The position numbers and the translations under genes are program-made. Positions 1 through 11,900 of a DNA stretch of 64,000 nucleotides are shown here, piece after piece. The stretch comes from Paraphysomonas bandaiensis (lineage: Eukaryota; Protista; Chrysophyceae), in NCBI GenBank assembly GCA_965644295.1, contig CBFFRP010000327.1, positions 34,919 through 98,918 of the forward strand, in the 5' to 3' direction. A model generated the notes under the pieces. The model was not told where the DNA came from. It was given only the letters and a program-made list of their open reading frames with translations, and did no database searches. The stretch's first letter is position 1, and each line of letters begins with the position of its first letter.

Positions 1-43
1 AGACTACAACGAAACCTACAGCCCAGTCGCAAAGGCCACATCA

Positions 44-1402
44 ATGAGAACAGTCATAGCACTAGCAACTATACTTGGGTTGGAGCTTCACCAGGTAGAT
101 TTCTCTACTGCTTACATCAATGCAGACCTCCAAGAGGAAATTTACATGTATCCACCCGCTGGTCTCAATGTTCCAAACGGTAAAGTCCTCAGACTTCTAA
201 AGAGTATATACGGACTCAAACAGTCCGGGTTAAATTGGTATAAATGTTGTACTAATTATTTGTTAGACTGTGGTTTTACCAGATTAGTGTCCGACCCGTG
301 CATATTCACGAAATCAATCAATGGTCGACCCATAATTCTGGCAGTTTACGTCGATGACATCATTATCGCCGGTAAAAGTAGGACTGACATCATCCAAATC
401 AAGAATTCGTTAGCTGAAAAATTCGACATTCATGATCTCGGCCTCCTAGATTACTACCTCGGCATATTCGTCAAACAGGATATACAGAATCGAACTACGA
501 CACTAAATCAATCTCAATACATACGGAACCTACTCCACAGATTCAACATGGAAGATTGCAAGCCACGTAGTCACCCCATGACAACAAATTTTCATATAGA
601 CATTCTCGAAAAGAAACAACTATCTCAAGAAAATCAAGAATTTGTCCAAAATTTTCCTTACAAGGAGCTCATAGGTTCACTTATGTATATTGCTGTGTGC
701 ACTAGACCTGATATTGCATATGCTGTAAACACCCTTGCTCGTTTCAGTACTAATCCAAATCTAACTACATGCAAAGCCGCATTAAACATACTTAGGTACC
801 TCAAAGGCACTATCGATCAAGGTCTACAGTACTCCGGGAAGTCTGTTACTTTAACTGGATTCGCTGACAGTGATTGGGCACGCTGTAACTTAACTCGCAG
901 GTCGACCACAGCGTTTTGCTTCTTTATTGGAAATTGTCTCATTTCCTGGCAATCACGACTCCAGACCACTGTAGCTCTATCCTCTACAGAAGCGGAGTAC
1001 ATGGCACTATCAACAGCATGTCAAGAAGCTATTTGGCTACGGTCACTACTCTCGGAATTGGGCTTCCACATGCCATACTCAACAACCATATGGTGTGACA
1101 ACAAAGGTGCAATTCAACTATGCCTAAACCCCGTACACCACCGACGAACAAAACATATTGCCATCAGATATCACTTCATAAGAGAACAAGTCGCATCGCA
1201 CTCTATTATTGTTGATTACATGCCTACAAACGAGATGCTGGCCGACATTCTAACTAAACCCCTCACATCAAACACGTTCCACAGATTGCGGGATTCACTA
1301 ATGGGGGGGGGAGGTATCAACATACCTGCTAGCAATAAAAGAACAAAAGTATCTATCCCACCGGCAGAGAACTCAACCAAGAGACCACGATGGATGACTT
1401 AG
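44..1402 (+). CDS. Copia pol C-terminal part (reverse transcriptase + RNase H), 5'-truncated by the window edge
   Basis: Uninterrupted ORF with YVDD and Copia RNase H motifs; short basic C-terminal tail (KRTK...KRPRW). Confidence 0.93.
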   Translation: MRTVIALATILGLELHQVDFSTAYINADLQEEIYMYPPAGLNVPNGKVLRLLKSIYGLKQSGLNWYKCCTNYLLDCGFTRLVSDPCIFTKSINGRPIILAVYVDDIIIAGKSRTDIIQIKNSLAEKFDIHDLGLLDYYLGIFVKQDIQNRTTTLNQSQYIRNLLHRFNMEDCKPRSHPMTTNFHIDILEKKQLSQENQEFVQNFPYKELIGSLMYIAVCTRPDIAYAVNTLARFSTNPNLTTCKAALNILRYLKGTIDQGLQYSGKSVTLTGFADSDWARCNLTRRSTTAFCFFIGNCLISWQSRLQTTVALSSTEAEYMALSTACQEAIWLRSLLSELGFHMPYSTTIWCDNKGAIQLCLNPVHHRRTKHIAIRYHFIREQVASHSIIVDYMPTNEMLADILTKPLTSNTFHRLRDSLMGGGGINIPASNKRTKVSIPPAENSTKRPRWMT

Positions 1403-1567
1403 AGATCTACGGAGTTTCCCACGAGTATGCTGTATGTTGACATCAGTGTAATCCACAATCTGTGATTGCACTCGTGGGTTTTACCCTCAGTAGAACTATC
1501 TCCAAATATATACACCTATATCCATATATCTATGTATACGCCATATGATTATTTCATTGAGGGGGAG

Positions 1568-1775
1568 TATTAGGAGTCATTGAATCACGTATATCTCTTA
1601 ACGCGTGAATACAACACACATATACAATGAAATACCAAATAGACTGAATAATTACCAAACTATACATGATACGCGACTGTACAAGATACGCACATGTGTG
1701 TGGTGCTAACGCTCTGCTCAAACGTGTCTTGCTATTATACTATTAGGCCTTATCGTTCCATCTTTATCTCTAATA
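1568..1775 (+). repeat. Putative 3' LTR of the Copia element (about 208 bp, TA...TA ends)
   Basis: Starts immediately after the PPT; 6-bp perfect inverted termini TATTAG/CTAATA. The partner LTR is not in the window, so the right boundary is inferred. Confidence 0.6.
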
Positions 1776-1825
1776 ATATCAAGTATATTCTTACTAAATA
1801 TTAAGACTAACCTTAAATCTTATTT

Positions 1826-1948
1826 AAATAATCAGACATTCACTACTAGGATATCAGAGCTAAGCACAGTTAGTTAAATTGTTCTGCTACACTAGTTCTG
1901 CCTCTTACACGCCTAGTGCAAATAATCAGACATTCACTACTAGGATAT
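1826..1948 (+). repeat. Partial tandem copy of the structured dispersed repeat (putative LINE 3' end)
   Basis: The 29-mer AAATAATCAGACATTCACTACTAGGATAT occurs at 1826 and 1920 (period 94). The sequence between matches the long-hairpin half of the copies at 38709-38891 and 46184-46341. Confidence 0.75.
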
Positions 1949-2191
1949 TAATACAGTACGACAATGCCCAAGAGGAATCAAATAGGTATCGTATATCGGT
2001 AATATTTGCGCCAGTGGTACCTATTTCTGCTCAATATTAGTGTATCAAAAAAGAATTCCTTTGAAGCACAGTGTACGGAGATACGGATTATTATCGTCTT
2101 AATCAGACATTCTTCGATACTCAAATACAGCAGAACACATGGTGTTCTAGCTAACCGAAAGTCAACAAAGTGCTTGAGCAATTTATTGAAA

Positions 2192-4400
2192 TTATTTCTT
2201 CTGGTTCTTTTCCGCAGCTTCTTCTTCAGCTAGATCAACGATTCCTGCTTCTGGTTTAATCTTGTCATAGATCTATAAACAAAAGTTACGAAATATGCAG
2301 AAATAAGTAAATCAAATTACTTCAGGAAATGCATCATCGGCCTTGAACCTTTTGCGGCACTTGTCAACGAGGGTATGATCGAACATCTATACAAGTGAAA
2401 TGTTAGCAACGATGTGACAATCACGGCGCAGCCGACCTGTCTGAACTCCTTTCTGGTGCAAAAGAGATCCGTATAATATGCTTGCCATCTATAGCAATTC
2501 ACAAGTCAGTTCAACTCCTATGACTAACACATATTCTTACCCTCCAATATCTCGTGTCCAATGTTCCATTTCTCTGATGTTTTTCTTAGCGTCCCATACT
2601 TTACCTTCTTTCACCTGTAAGTCGGTGATACATGTCACAACACACTCAAGTTCTTTCCTACCATTCTAGGAGCTCCATACGCACCGAGATCACACCATAT
2701 GCCATAGCCCTTTCCCTTGATCAGGTTTTCCTTGCGAGGATGCAGGAAACCGGACTTCTCGCCGCGGTCATACACTCTCAAAGGGAACACAAGTAATGGG
2801 TACACTCCATACCACTCATCGAAACGCCCAATTCCTTCTTCCAGATACCGAATAGGCATTATACTCTCCTGTACCACGTGTGCATAAACCGAAGCTTTAC
2901 GAATGACAGGGCCCTGAAATAGTTTAAGTAGAGAAACTTCAGGTGCGCCCATCCACCCCCAGAGAGTGCGGTACAGCCAGTGGTTGCTAAAGGGAATCAT
3001 ATCCTCCAGCTCCCAGAAGATAGACCTACACCAATGTATCCATTACATTATAACGAGTTTCTTACTTACATACACTACACTGCTCACCTTGTAAATCGGT
3101 GATAGTAATCCATAAGGGGGATGAACTCGTCCGCCTCTCCCTTTTCAAGAAATGTCTCAACCCACTTGTAGTAAAAAGGTTTGAACCACCAGTTGATTCC
3201 ATTGATCTTTGCTCGGTCCGCACTACTTTGAGGAGCATCCGCATACTCACCCATTTGAATCACCGCACGATCCTTGGTGTATATTGTAGCCTCAAGGAAA
3301 TAGGGGGCGTTGGGGGACTCTGCGAGCTCCTTCATCTTGCGACCAAGTTCCTCCGCCGAGTACGTGGGAAGGTAGCGCACATGCACATACGGCTTGATCT
3401 TGAGGGTCAAGAAAATTATTAATCAAAATTGGTGTATGCGTATTAGATGTACCTTGCTAATGCGGACGGTGACAGAGACAAGAAAACCAACTGTACCACA
3501 GCTCCATGGCAACGCGTAGAAGAGCTCCGGATCCGATTCCTTCGTAACATTCACAACATCGCCAGTAGATGTTACAATCTCAAAAGCAACAACAGACTCT
3601 TGGAAAAATCCGATAAGATGAGAATTGGTCTCCATTCCAAAACCCATCGATACACCGCCGATGGTGATACTTTCCATCTCCACTTGGATCTGAAGCGCGT
3701 AACCCTTTGGTACTAGGTGATGAGTAATTTGGCCCATGGTCACAGAAGGTTCCGCACGTATGGTCATATTTTTCTCGTCTACTTCAAGTATGTGTGTTAA
3801 CTCGTGGGTCTTGATCTTGCTGGAGTCTCCCTTGTTAGACGAAAGCTTTGTTGACATGCTTGCCCAGTTAGGACGAGCAGTGCGCATAATATTCTTCCTT
3901 CCATTTTTGTTCCACTTCTTCACTTGATCAACAACATATTGAACACGTTCCTCATGTGTACTTTTCGGTCCAGCAGCAAAGTTATAGCGATACCAATCAC
4001 ATATAGATAAATGTACTGCTCTGATATAGCTGAGTGGGACCACAATAAACATTAATAATGGGGTACGAAATTGTGCTGCAAGTCGAAATTGTAGTGGAAA
4101 TTCTTTAGATAGTGTCTGAGCACTGCTACCTGATGCAATTGCTATTGAAAGAACGATTGCAAAGGCTGTTAAGAGGCTATAGACACCATACTTAAAATAC
4201 ATAACAACCTCATCACTGGGGTTTGAAAATATCGGTAATTTTGAGAGAACTGAGATCAATGAGAATATCCCAATGATTCCTCCATAGCATGCTGGCTTCA
4301 TGTTTGCACGATAACTACTGATTCCACTGTGATCTAGAGCATGTCCTAAGCATAACAATCCTAAGCAACAGATACCATCCAATATAATACACAGGCATAC
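2192..4400 (-). CDS. DHCR24: Delta(24)-sterol reductase (DHCR24/DWF1-like FAD-linked oxidoreductase), multi-exon; start codon uncertain
   Basis: Spliced ORF pieces: AEPSVTMGQ, TIGGVSMGFGMETNSH..G.FQE, LFYALPWSCGTVGFLV, WWFKPFYYKWV, FIPLMDYYHRFTR, IPFSNHWLYR..WGWMGAP, YPLLVFP, IYDKI. Stop TAA at 2192-2194. The N-terminus runs into the (CATA)n array; the first non-repeat in-frame ATG is at 4301. Confidence 0.88.
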
Positions 4401-4861
4401 ATACATACATACATACATACATACATACATACATACATACATACATACATACATACATACATACATACATACATACATACATACATACATACATACATAC
4501 ATACATACATACATACATACATACATACATACATACATACATACATACATACATACATACATACATACATACATACATACATACATACATACATACATAC
4601 ATACATACATACATACATACATACATACATACATACATACATACATACATACATACATACATACATACATACATACATACATACATACATACATACATAC
4701 ATACATACATACATACATACATACATACATACATACATACATACATACATACATACATACATACATACATACATACATACATACATACATACATACATAC
4801 ATACATACATACATACATACATACATACATACATACATACATACATACATACATACATACA
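4396..4861. repeat. Perfect (CATA)n tetranucleotide array, about 116 units
   Basis: Directly visible; fills almost the whole interval between the divergent DHCR24 and HAD genes. Confidence 0.99.
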
Positions 4862-4888
4862 ACCTCATTGTCCTCATCATAATTCATC

Positions 4889-5857
4889 ATGTCAATCGGT
4901 ATTGCACTAGACATCGACGGCGTTTTACTTAGAGGGAAACACATCATCCCTCAAGCACGTGACGCTGTCCAGTATCTTCTCTCCTCATCCCGTATCCAGA
5001 CTCTGTTTGTTACTAATGGGGGGGGTGTTACAGAGGATCGTAAAGCAGACGACTTATCGAACAAGTTAAACATACATATTAAACCAAATCAAATTGTTTT
5101 ATCTCATACACCATTTCGATCTCTTGTACAAAACTATAGAGATAGTAGTGTATTAGTGGTAGGAGGCGACTCATGTGTAGATGTGGCTAAGCACTATGGT
5201 TTCAACAAGATTGTTACATCTGCACATATACATGCATACAATTCTGATATATATCCAGCTAAGAGTATTGGACGACATAATGGTTCTATTTCTGCAAGCA
5301 ATGATCATGAGTTGATTGAAGCAGCATTTGTATTTGCTGACTCATGCGATTGGGGATTAGATATACAAGTTATGACTGATTTGTTATTGAGATATGAAGA
5401 TTACAATGACAAAGCTGGAAAGCGCTTTTTGATATATGCATGCAATGCAGACTTAGTGTACAATGACACCCATCCTTCACCACGCTACACGCAGGGAGCA
5501 TTTATCACTGCCTTTCAAGCGCTACACCATCGCTACAGCAAGAAGAATGCAAATATCAAATTCTACGGGAAGCCATTTAAAACACAATATGAATATGTCG
5601 AAGAAATTTTCAGAAAAAATGCACTGGATTCTGGCCTTCAAATTCCCACGAAATTTTACGGTGTGGGAGACAATCCGGCGTCTGATGTCCGTGGTGCTAA
5701 TAATGCAGGAGAACATTGGACATCTGTGCTAGTTAGAACTGGGCTTTTCAGTGGAAGTGATAATGACGAGAGAGATCCCGCAGATTTTGTTGAGCACAAT
5801 GTTCTTGAAGCCGTGTATAGAATTTTAGACTTGGAAGAAATTCCAAAACCTCACTAA
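4889..5857 (+). CDS. HAD-superfamily class IIA hydrolase (HDHD5/CECR5-like)
   Basis: Motif I DIDGVL, TNGGG, SHTPF, NADLVY, GKP, motif IV GVGDNPASDVRGAN, LVRTG; single exon, 322 aa. Confidence 0.92.
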   Translation: MSIGIALDIDGVLLRGKHIIPQARDAVQYLLSSSRIQTLFVTNGGGVTEDRKADDLSNKLNIHIKPNQIVLSHTPFRSLVQNYRDSSVLVVGGDSCVDVAKHYGFNKIVTSAHIHAYNSDIYPAKSIGRHNGSISASNDHELIEAAFVFADSCDWGLDIQVMTDLLLRYEDYNDKAGKRFLIYACNADLVYNDTHPSPRYTQGAFITAFQALHHRYSKKNANIKFYGKPFKTQYEYVEEIFRKNALDSGLQIPTKFYGVGDNPASDVRGANNAGEHWTSVLVRTGLFSGSDNDERDPADFVEHNVLEAVYRILDLEEIPKPH

Positions 5858-6050
5858 AGGGGTTTTAGTTATTACCAAAGGGGTATACTTTTTTGGTTCT
5901 GGTATTTTTAAGAAAATCATAAGAAAATAAAGTTATAGATTTATAACATTTACCGAAATACACTTAGAAATACCCCTTAGAAGAGCGAACAACAATATAT
6001 AACATGTATATGTAAAGCCAAATGAAGAACTCTCTCTACTATGTGTACTC

Positions 6051-6922
6051 CAGGGCTAGGAAACAATATATTGCAATACTATTGATAGATAGCGTTCCAA
6101 CAATACTATTAAGTCGATGAGATGACATCCAACTAGGGCCACACCTATACATTATTGAAAAGTTATAACAGACGACGATTTTACTCAAACAAAGGTATTA
6201 CCGGAATCGTTTGCCAGCTTTCTGTTTGTAGCGCAGTTGTCCCCAATGCAAAACTCAACAATAATGCAAACATTATCAGCATTAATCACTCTACCCACTC
6301 TCAAAAATGTTTTAGCTTTGCCCGAAGGTTGGAAAACAAAAGCATCCATGGGACCATTGGTGCAGACAACCCGTAAATACTTCTTCATGGAATCTTCCCA
6401 CTCACCATCATACATGTGACGATGTGTGGTTCTTCAAGTTGTTGTAGCCATTCGATATCTTCTGCACTCGTATGCGCTCACAGACTTTGTATTCGTGCTT
6501 GTTTGGCTCACCTTCAACCGAACTCCAAAAATAGCCGTAAATATCTCTACTTTTGTATGCATTCATCGCTCAGATGTCTCTTCTTATCACTATAGGATAT
6601 ATATACTCTATTAAGAGAAGTACTGTGCATACATGTGGAGAGGTGTAGAGTACTGTTTGAGCTGGCGATACATAAAAAATAGAAAATAACATAAAAAATA
6701 GGCTTTTTTCTTATTTTCCGGATATTTATATACATGGACTTGTATTTTTTACCCTACAGTTAAGGATCTTCTCTCATATGACTATGATAATATTGATTGC
6801 AATATATTGCAATATATTGTGAGCCACTTTAACAGAAACAATATTGATGGAAATTTTGGCCGGTCGAACAATCAATATATTGTACAATGTATTGCAATTC
6901 AATATATTGTTTCCTAGCCCTG
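6051..6922 (-). mobile_element. Non-autonomous hAT DNA transposon (872 bp) with transposase remnant
   Basis: 23-bp TIRs CAGGGCTAGGAAACAATATATTG; perfect 8-bp TSD GTGTACTC (6043-6050 and 6923-6930); subterminal CAATATATTG repeats; minus-strand remnant IGDNCATNRKLA resembles hAT DNxxxN motif. Confidence 0.9.
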
Positions 6923-7107
6923 GTGTACTCCTATATTCGTCAAGTATTTGTCATAATTCGAAATAGCTTAAAATTCTATTTTGAATAACTAATCAACCAT
7001 CGAAACTCAACAGTCTCTCTCATTTGAACGCTGTAGATGGAATTCTCACATCACGAGAAGTAACTAACGATTACACAATTTCCACAAATCTAACTGGATA
7101 AACTGGT

Positions 7108-7280
7108 GTAGTGGATGTCTTAATATTAGCAATAGGCATGTAAGAGTCAGAACTAATGTAGCCAAAACAATTTAACTAACTAGTGCTGAACTCAAATATA
7201 TCTTACTATTTAGCCCTACGAAAGCTGCTTGTGCGTCACCACAAGCACCATTAACTTTCGCTCTATTGCTCAAAGCAAAC
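7108..7280 (-). repeat. Structured dispersed repeat copy (putative LINE 3' end)
   Basis: Reverse complement aligns with the copies at 38709-38891 and 46184-46341. Confidence 0.8.
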
Positions 7281-7539
7281 GCAGTGCGTAGAATCTGTAG
7301 TCTCGGAGCGTCGCTGACTGAAGTGTATAAGTTGAACGTATATAGAGCTGGCGGAGTTGTCTACGTTAGGGCTCGTGTGTGTTGGGGCGTGAAAGTGTTA
7401 GAAGAGTAGGTGATGTGGTCTGAGGTGGGGGAACTTATGGGTTGTGTGGTGACCGTTGGAGGTCGAATTATGGAGGGAGCTGTTGACCTCGGGCGGGGAT
7501 GGGTACAGGGCACAGACCGTCAAACTGGTGGACCCATGC

Positions 7540-8430
7540 TGAGTGATGCTGTCGATTTATGTTATCAACAAGGTCTCCATTAGTACACACGTCGGCGAGA
7601 CTGTCACTATGCAGCCCAAACCGGGAGAGACCCACTCCAGTGCCAACGAAAAGTGCTTATGCGATTACCACACGAACTACACCCCCTTAGATTGCATAAC
7701 ACTCCTCAGAATTACACCCCACTCTCTGACTGGAGAAACCGCAAATGTATGGGACAAATCATACGCAATCGGGAGGACCCGCGCTAAAGGCAAATCAGGA
7801 ACTGATGGCATCACGGCAGGCCAATGCACGGACTGTTCCCACCCCGCAGATACCATCGCGCATATTTGCTACACAGTCCCCATCCAGACATCATTCATCT
7901 GCGCAAAAATTCATTCCTCGATAAAATCAGGAAAACACGGACGTCGCCACCATGGCTACATCCAGCTCTTGCCAAACTTTCTAAAGCCGCCTGGAATACT
8001 CGAACATCTCAAGGAGAGAGATACTGGACCGCTCACATCTCTTCATCACAACTGGCTGACGCTTGCGGGCACACTATATCTCCACTACACTATATGAGCA
8101 ACAATTCTACTTCGTCTTCTAAAAACCCTTCTGCCCTGCTGCCGTCACTCAACAAAAACACTCTCAACTACGTTCCAAGTTACCACGTCATCGCCAATTG
8201 CTACTTGTCGTCACACGAGCGCCTCAGGCGACAACACGCTCCAGTCAATGGATCTTCGAGAGCATCTAAATTCCACCCTCTCTCTATCGCAATGAACTCC
8301 AGGCACGGGGCAACTCGATGCCCTCCCCAAGGGCAGGCACACCCGACTAAGCATAGAACATAGTGTGCGGATGTCATCATGGTACTTGCAACTATGCACA
8401 AGCAGTCTTGGCACCAGTGGTAGTGGGAAT
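7540..8430 (+). pseudogene. Degenerate non-LTR retrotransposon (LINE) C-terminal remnant followed by a degenerate copy of the structured 3' element
   Basis: Frameshifted ORFs with a CTDC...DTIAHIC Cys/His knuckle typical of LINE ORF2 C-termini. After the stop at 8363 comes CATCATGGTACTTGCAACTATGCACAAGCAG, matching the repeat core. Confidence 0.55.
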
Positions 8431-8985
8431 ATGAATGATATTCAATCAAACGATAGATAGACCACATTGTTGAGACATACCTTGCTATAATTGTAATATC
8501 CTTAGCTATGACTAGCACACAGTTTGTCATAGACGATCGCAACATATCGAAATCAAATACCAGTGGGTGAGAGAATGCGTAGATTTGTGGTGGTCGCGTA
8601 TCCGTCAGTTATGTCTCCTAACCCTATCTACAGTTTTGAATTGCTTTACTGCCTAATTATTGTACCCAATAATCTCATAGCAATAATACTCAGGTTTCTA
8701 TAGAAATATATATACTTCATGAGAGTTAACATGCCATCAACTTCAGATTAGCTGTCAGATACAAGTTACCAATATAAGAGAAATCAAAAGCCTTCTCTCG
8801 ACCTTACATTTACAGCACACTGCAACACACCACCTCGCATATTACTATTTATTAACCCTAATCCGGAGATATAACTATATCTACTTTGGTGGCATGTTTA
8901 CTGTAAAACATTAGCTCCCTTACTAGCACTCACATTGTGACTGAACACAGACATTCTTCAACCAAACCAATTTTTTCCTTTCACT

Positions 8986-11900
8986 CTATTCTGATCTCTC
9001 CAACTGTAGAGTAACCACAGCCCCTTCTAACCCGCGAATCGTCTTGATAACTTCAGCAAACGTGGAACAAGACTTTCCATTAACTCCAACAATGATGTCC
9101 CCTGGTTTGATGGGCGGATTACATTGTGCTGCTGGATTCACGACACCCGCGGGCATTTCTTTAAATCGCTGAATATGTGCCCGTCCGTCTGCTGATTTCG
9201 TGAGGTCGAGCCCTATTCCGTGCTGACCTTTCGTAACGGATGTGGTCACGATTTGAGGCCCTGAAACAGCCGGCTTGGTTGTACTCGAACTCCTCTGTCG
9301 GTGCGTGGCAGCAGGTATTGCTTCTTGTTTGGCTTGAGCGGGGAGATGGGAAGTGTATGAGTTAGACCGCTGCTGCTTCGCAGTATTTGAGACCGGTTTT
9401 GGTTCAGAGGGCACAGGAGGTGTAGTGGTTTGAGATAAAGGCGTGTCAGAGTAGTTAGACGAAAAATTGGTTCCAGTGGACGTAAAGGCCGCTGGTAGGC
9501 CTTCTGAACCACTTGCTGATCCATCTGTAATGAGGGCCATAAATACCTTGTCATGGGAGTCTTCAATCAAGAAGTGATCAGTCTTCTCATGATCCTAAAT
9601 ACGAAACATTAAAAACTGATAATTCAAATTGGCTAACCTTACTGTGATAAATAAATCATGACTTTGGTGTTTGTACTCTTGCCAGGAACTATGGGCATCC
9701 AGCATAGCCTGGAGAACAGGTGCATCTGGTGAATCCACAAGAATCATTGCTTTCAATACATCAACTGCATGTACTCTTAGAGCAGATGCATTTCTCACGT
9801 GGGCGAGCTGATCCTTCGTAGCGCCGACAACATTATCTAGTAGGAACATGGGCAACTTCGCCCGCATCGCCATGCCTACAAATTCAGGCAAACACTGCGC
9901 TGCCATGCACTGGAATATTTTCTTGAGAAGTTCAACTATGACAGTAGCTTCTTTAGGAAGCTCGACTTTGCTTGGGTCTCCGGAAATATTCAATGAACGG
10001 ACGAGGACGCGCATCGGATCCACAGGGGCACCAGCAATGCTATCCACCGCAGCGGCACGATCGGCCAGCTCGTGAAGAAGCCGAACCACACTTACAACAG
10101 GCACGCCCACCCGTCCTTTGTCTACTGCACGTTGAAGTAGCTCAAACAGCTTATGTGTAAATCCCCACGACAACAGATGGTCAACGACAGAGCCCTCCCC
10201 TTTTATCACACACACAACGCAGGAAGTCAGAAGTGACAGAAAATCCTCCTTGCCCAGCACAAGGGCCTGGCAAGTATCATCAGCATGCGCTACAGAAGTG
10301 GAAACATCACCCGGAGGTACTTGAGCATCAAAAGAGCTCTCCCAGAATGCCACAAGCTTCTCGAGGAAGAATATAGGGTTTGTAAGGCGGAATGTGGGTT
10401 GTTTGAGGTAGAGGCGGATGTAGACACCTCCTATATATATCTCGTTCTTTAACTGTCTGTAAGGCACTGTGTAGTCAGGACCAACTTCGATGCCCTTGCT
10501 AAAATCTTGCTCTTGTTCCGTACTACCAGATTCAGAGCTCGGCACCAACGTGCGGCTGAATAATGAGGTCAAAGCGCTTCGTATCTCTCCCTGCATCTCT
10601 GCCGTCCAAATGAGTTCAGGATTTTCGCACACATCATCCAACAGCTGCAGCGACATGTTGCTGGCTTTGGATCGCATGAGCAGCACAACAGGCTCCGGTA
10701 AAAACCTATACACCACAAAAACTCCATGTCAAACAAATACTTCAGAAGCACATAAAATACCCACCTGCGCAGATAATTGGATGCCTCTGTACCCTTTACA
10801 GGGTTCCACAGAAATTTAGAAAGAAAGGATACGGCGGCAAGACGGTTCTGAAATCCGCCCTGGTGACCGGGCGCATTGAATATAATGCCAAGCATATGAG
10901 CAATAGAGCCTGCCTGAATCAAACCATCCAAACCATCTGGTACAGATGCCATTCCCTCTGCGCACTTCCATAAGTGCTTGATAACAGGGCTACTTCCCTT
11001 CACTGCGAGGGTCCTAATAATCTTCCACATACAAGGAGGATCCTTTTTAGCATAAGCTGTCACTACATCCGGCACACCTCCCATCACACTCATCAACTGA
11101 ACGCTCGAGTCAAACACCTCCGAGTCCTCCGGACTGTCCAGAAGTTTCAGCGTAACTTCTAGGCCCTTATCAGCTTTTGCGATATCATAGGGGATATAAT
11201 CGTGAGCCACAGCGAGGAATCGGAGCGCCTCCGCGCACTGCCGCAGGTATTCAGACATTGGGATATTAAATCCAACGGCAGTTCCAACACTTTCCCATAT
11301 ATATGTGATCAACTCTCGGCAGAACTGAGAGGGGTCATCAATATCGCTCGAGTCTCCGTTCTTGATGTAAATCCGAACATATACCCCTCCTACGCAGAGT
11401 TCGTTTCTCAAATTAGAGAAAATGAAATCGTTAGCAGGTGCTAAGTCGTCCTCGTTGGAACCAGGTAGCCTCTCCTGATCCACACTGCGCACGAAATCTA
11501 AAATTTCTTTACGCATCCCTATATTCCAAATTTTCGTTGGCTTTTCGACGTTCTCGTTTAAAGAACAAAGAAGTTCACGCGGCCTTCTATTGCGAAGCAG
11601 TTTTGCCAGCGGGACAGTCAGCAGCCTCGCCATGGCATTCTTCACCTTGGGATTGTTCGGGGAGGCAAGTTCGTCGAACATATATCCTCCTAGTCTGCCT
11701 AACGCCTTAGCTGCCAAAACGGCGTGTAGGTTGTATGAGCGTTGACCGTGCTTCTCTCTTTGAGTCTCGTCAGAGATATCGTCATCTAGTGTTGAGTCAA
11801 AAGTGAGCATTAGTGGAATGAGCCTCCATATTACTCCAGCGTGTACGAGAGCTTGCTGGAGATCGCCATCCTCTGCTCCCCGCGCAATGGCCTCAATGCA

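Larger units (their letters stand above)
1..1775 (+). mobile_element. Ty1/Copia LTR retrotransposon, 3' part (RT-RNase H, PPT, 3' LTR); 5' part outside window
   Basis: ORF to 1402 has Copia RT motifs (QVDFSTAYINA, KSIYGLKQSG, YVDD) and RNase H motifs (ADSDWA, SSTEAEY, CDNKGAI, ADILTK). Polypurine tract GAGGGGGAG ends at 1567. Putative LTR 1568-1775 is bounded by the inverted termini TATTAG...CTAATA. Confidence 0.9.

Noticed and set aside
1826-1948. 29-bp direct repeat with a 65-bp spacer resembling a mini CRISPR array
   Set aside because: Only two repeats, eukaryotic context, no cas genes, and the spacer is itself part of the dispersed repeat family.
4315-4947. ORFs encoding (MYVC)n
   Set aside because: Translation artefacts of the stop-free (CATA)n array.
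5855-5980. Possible tiny MITE (AAGGGGT...ACCCCTT)
   Set aside because: Inverted match is short and no TSD could be identified.
6380-6415. MYDGEWEDSMKK resembling a captured MORN repeat within the hAT element
   Set aside because: A single short match in decayed sequence; insufficient to claim gene capture.
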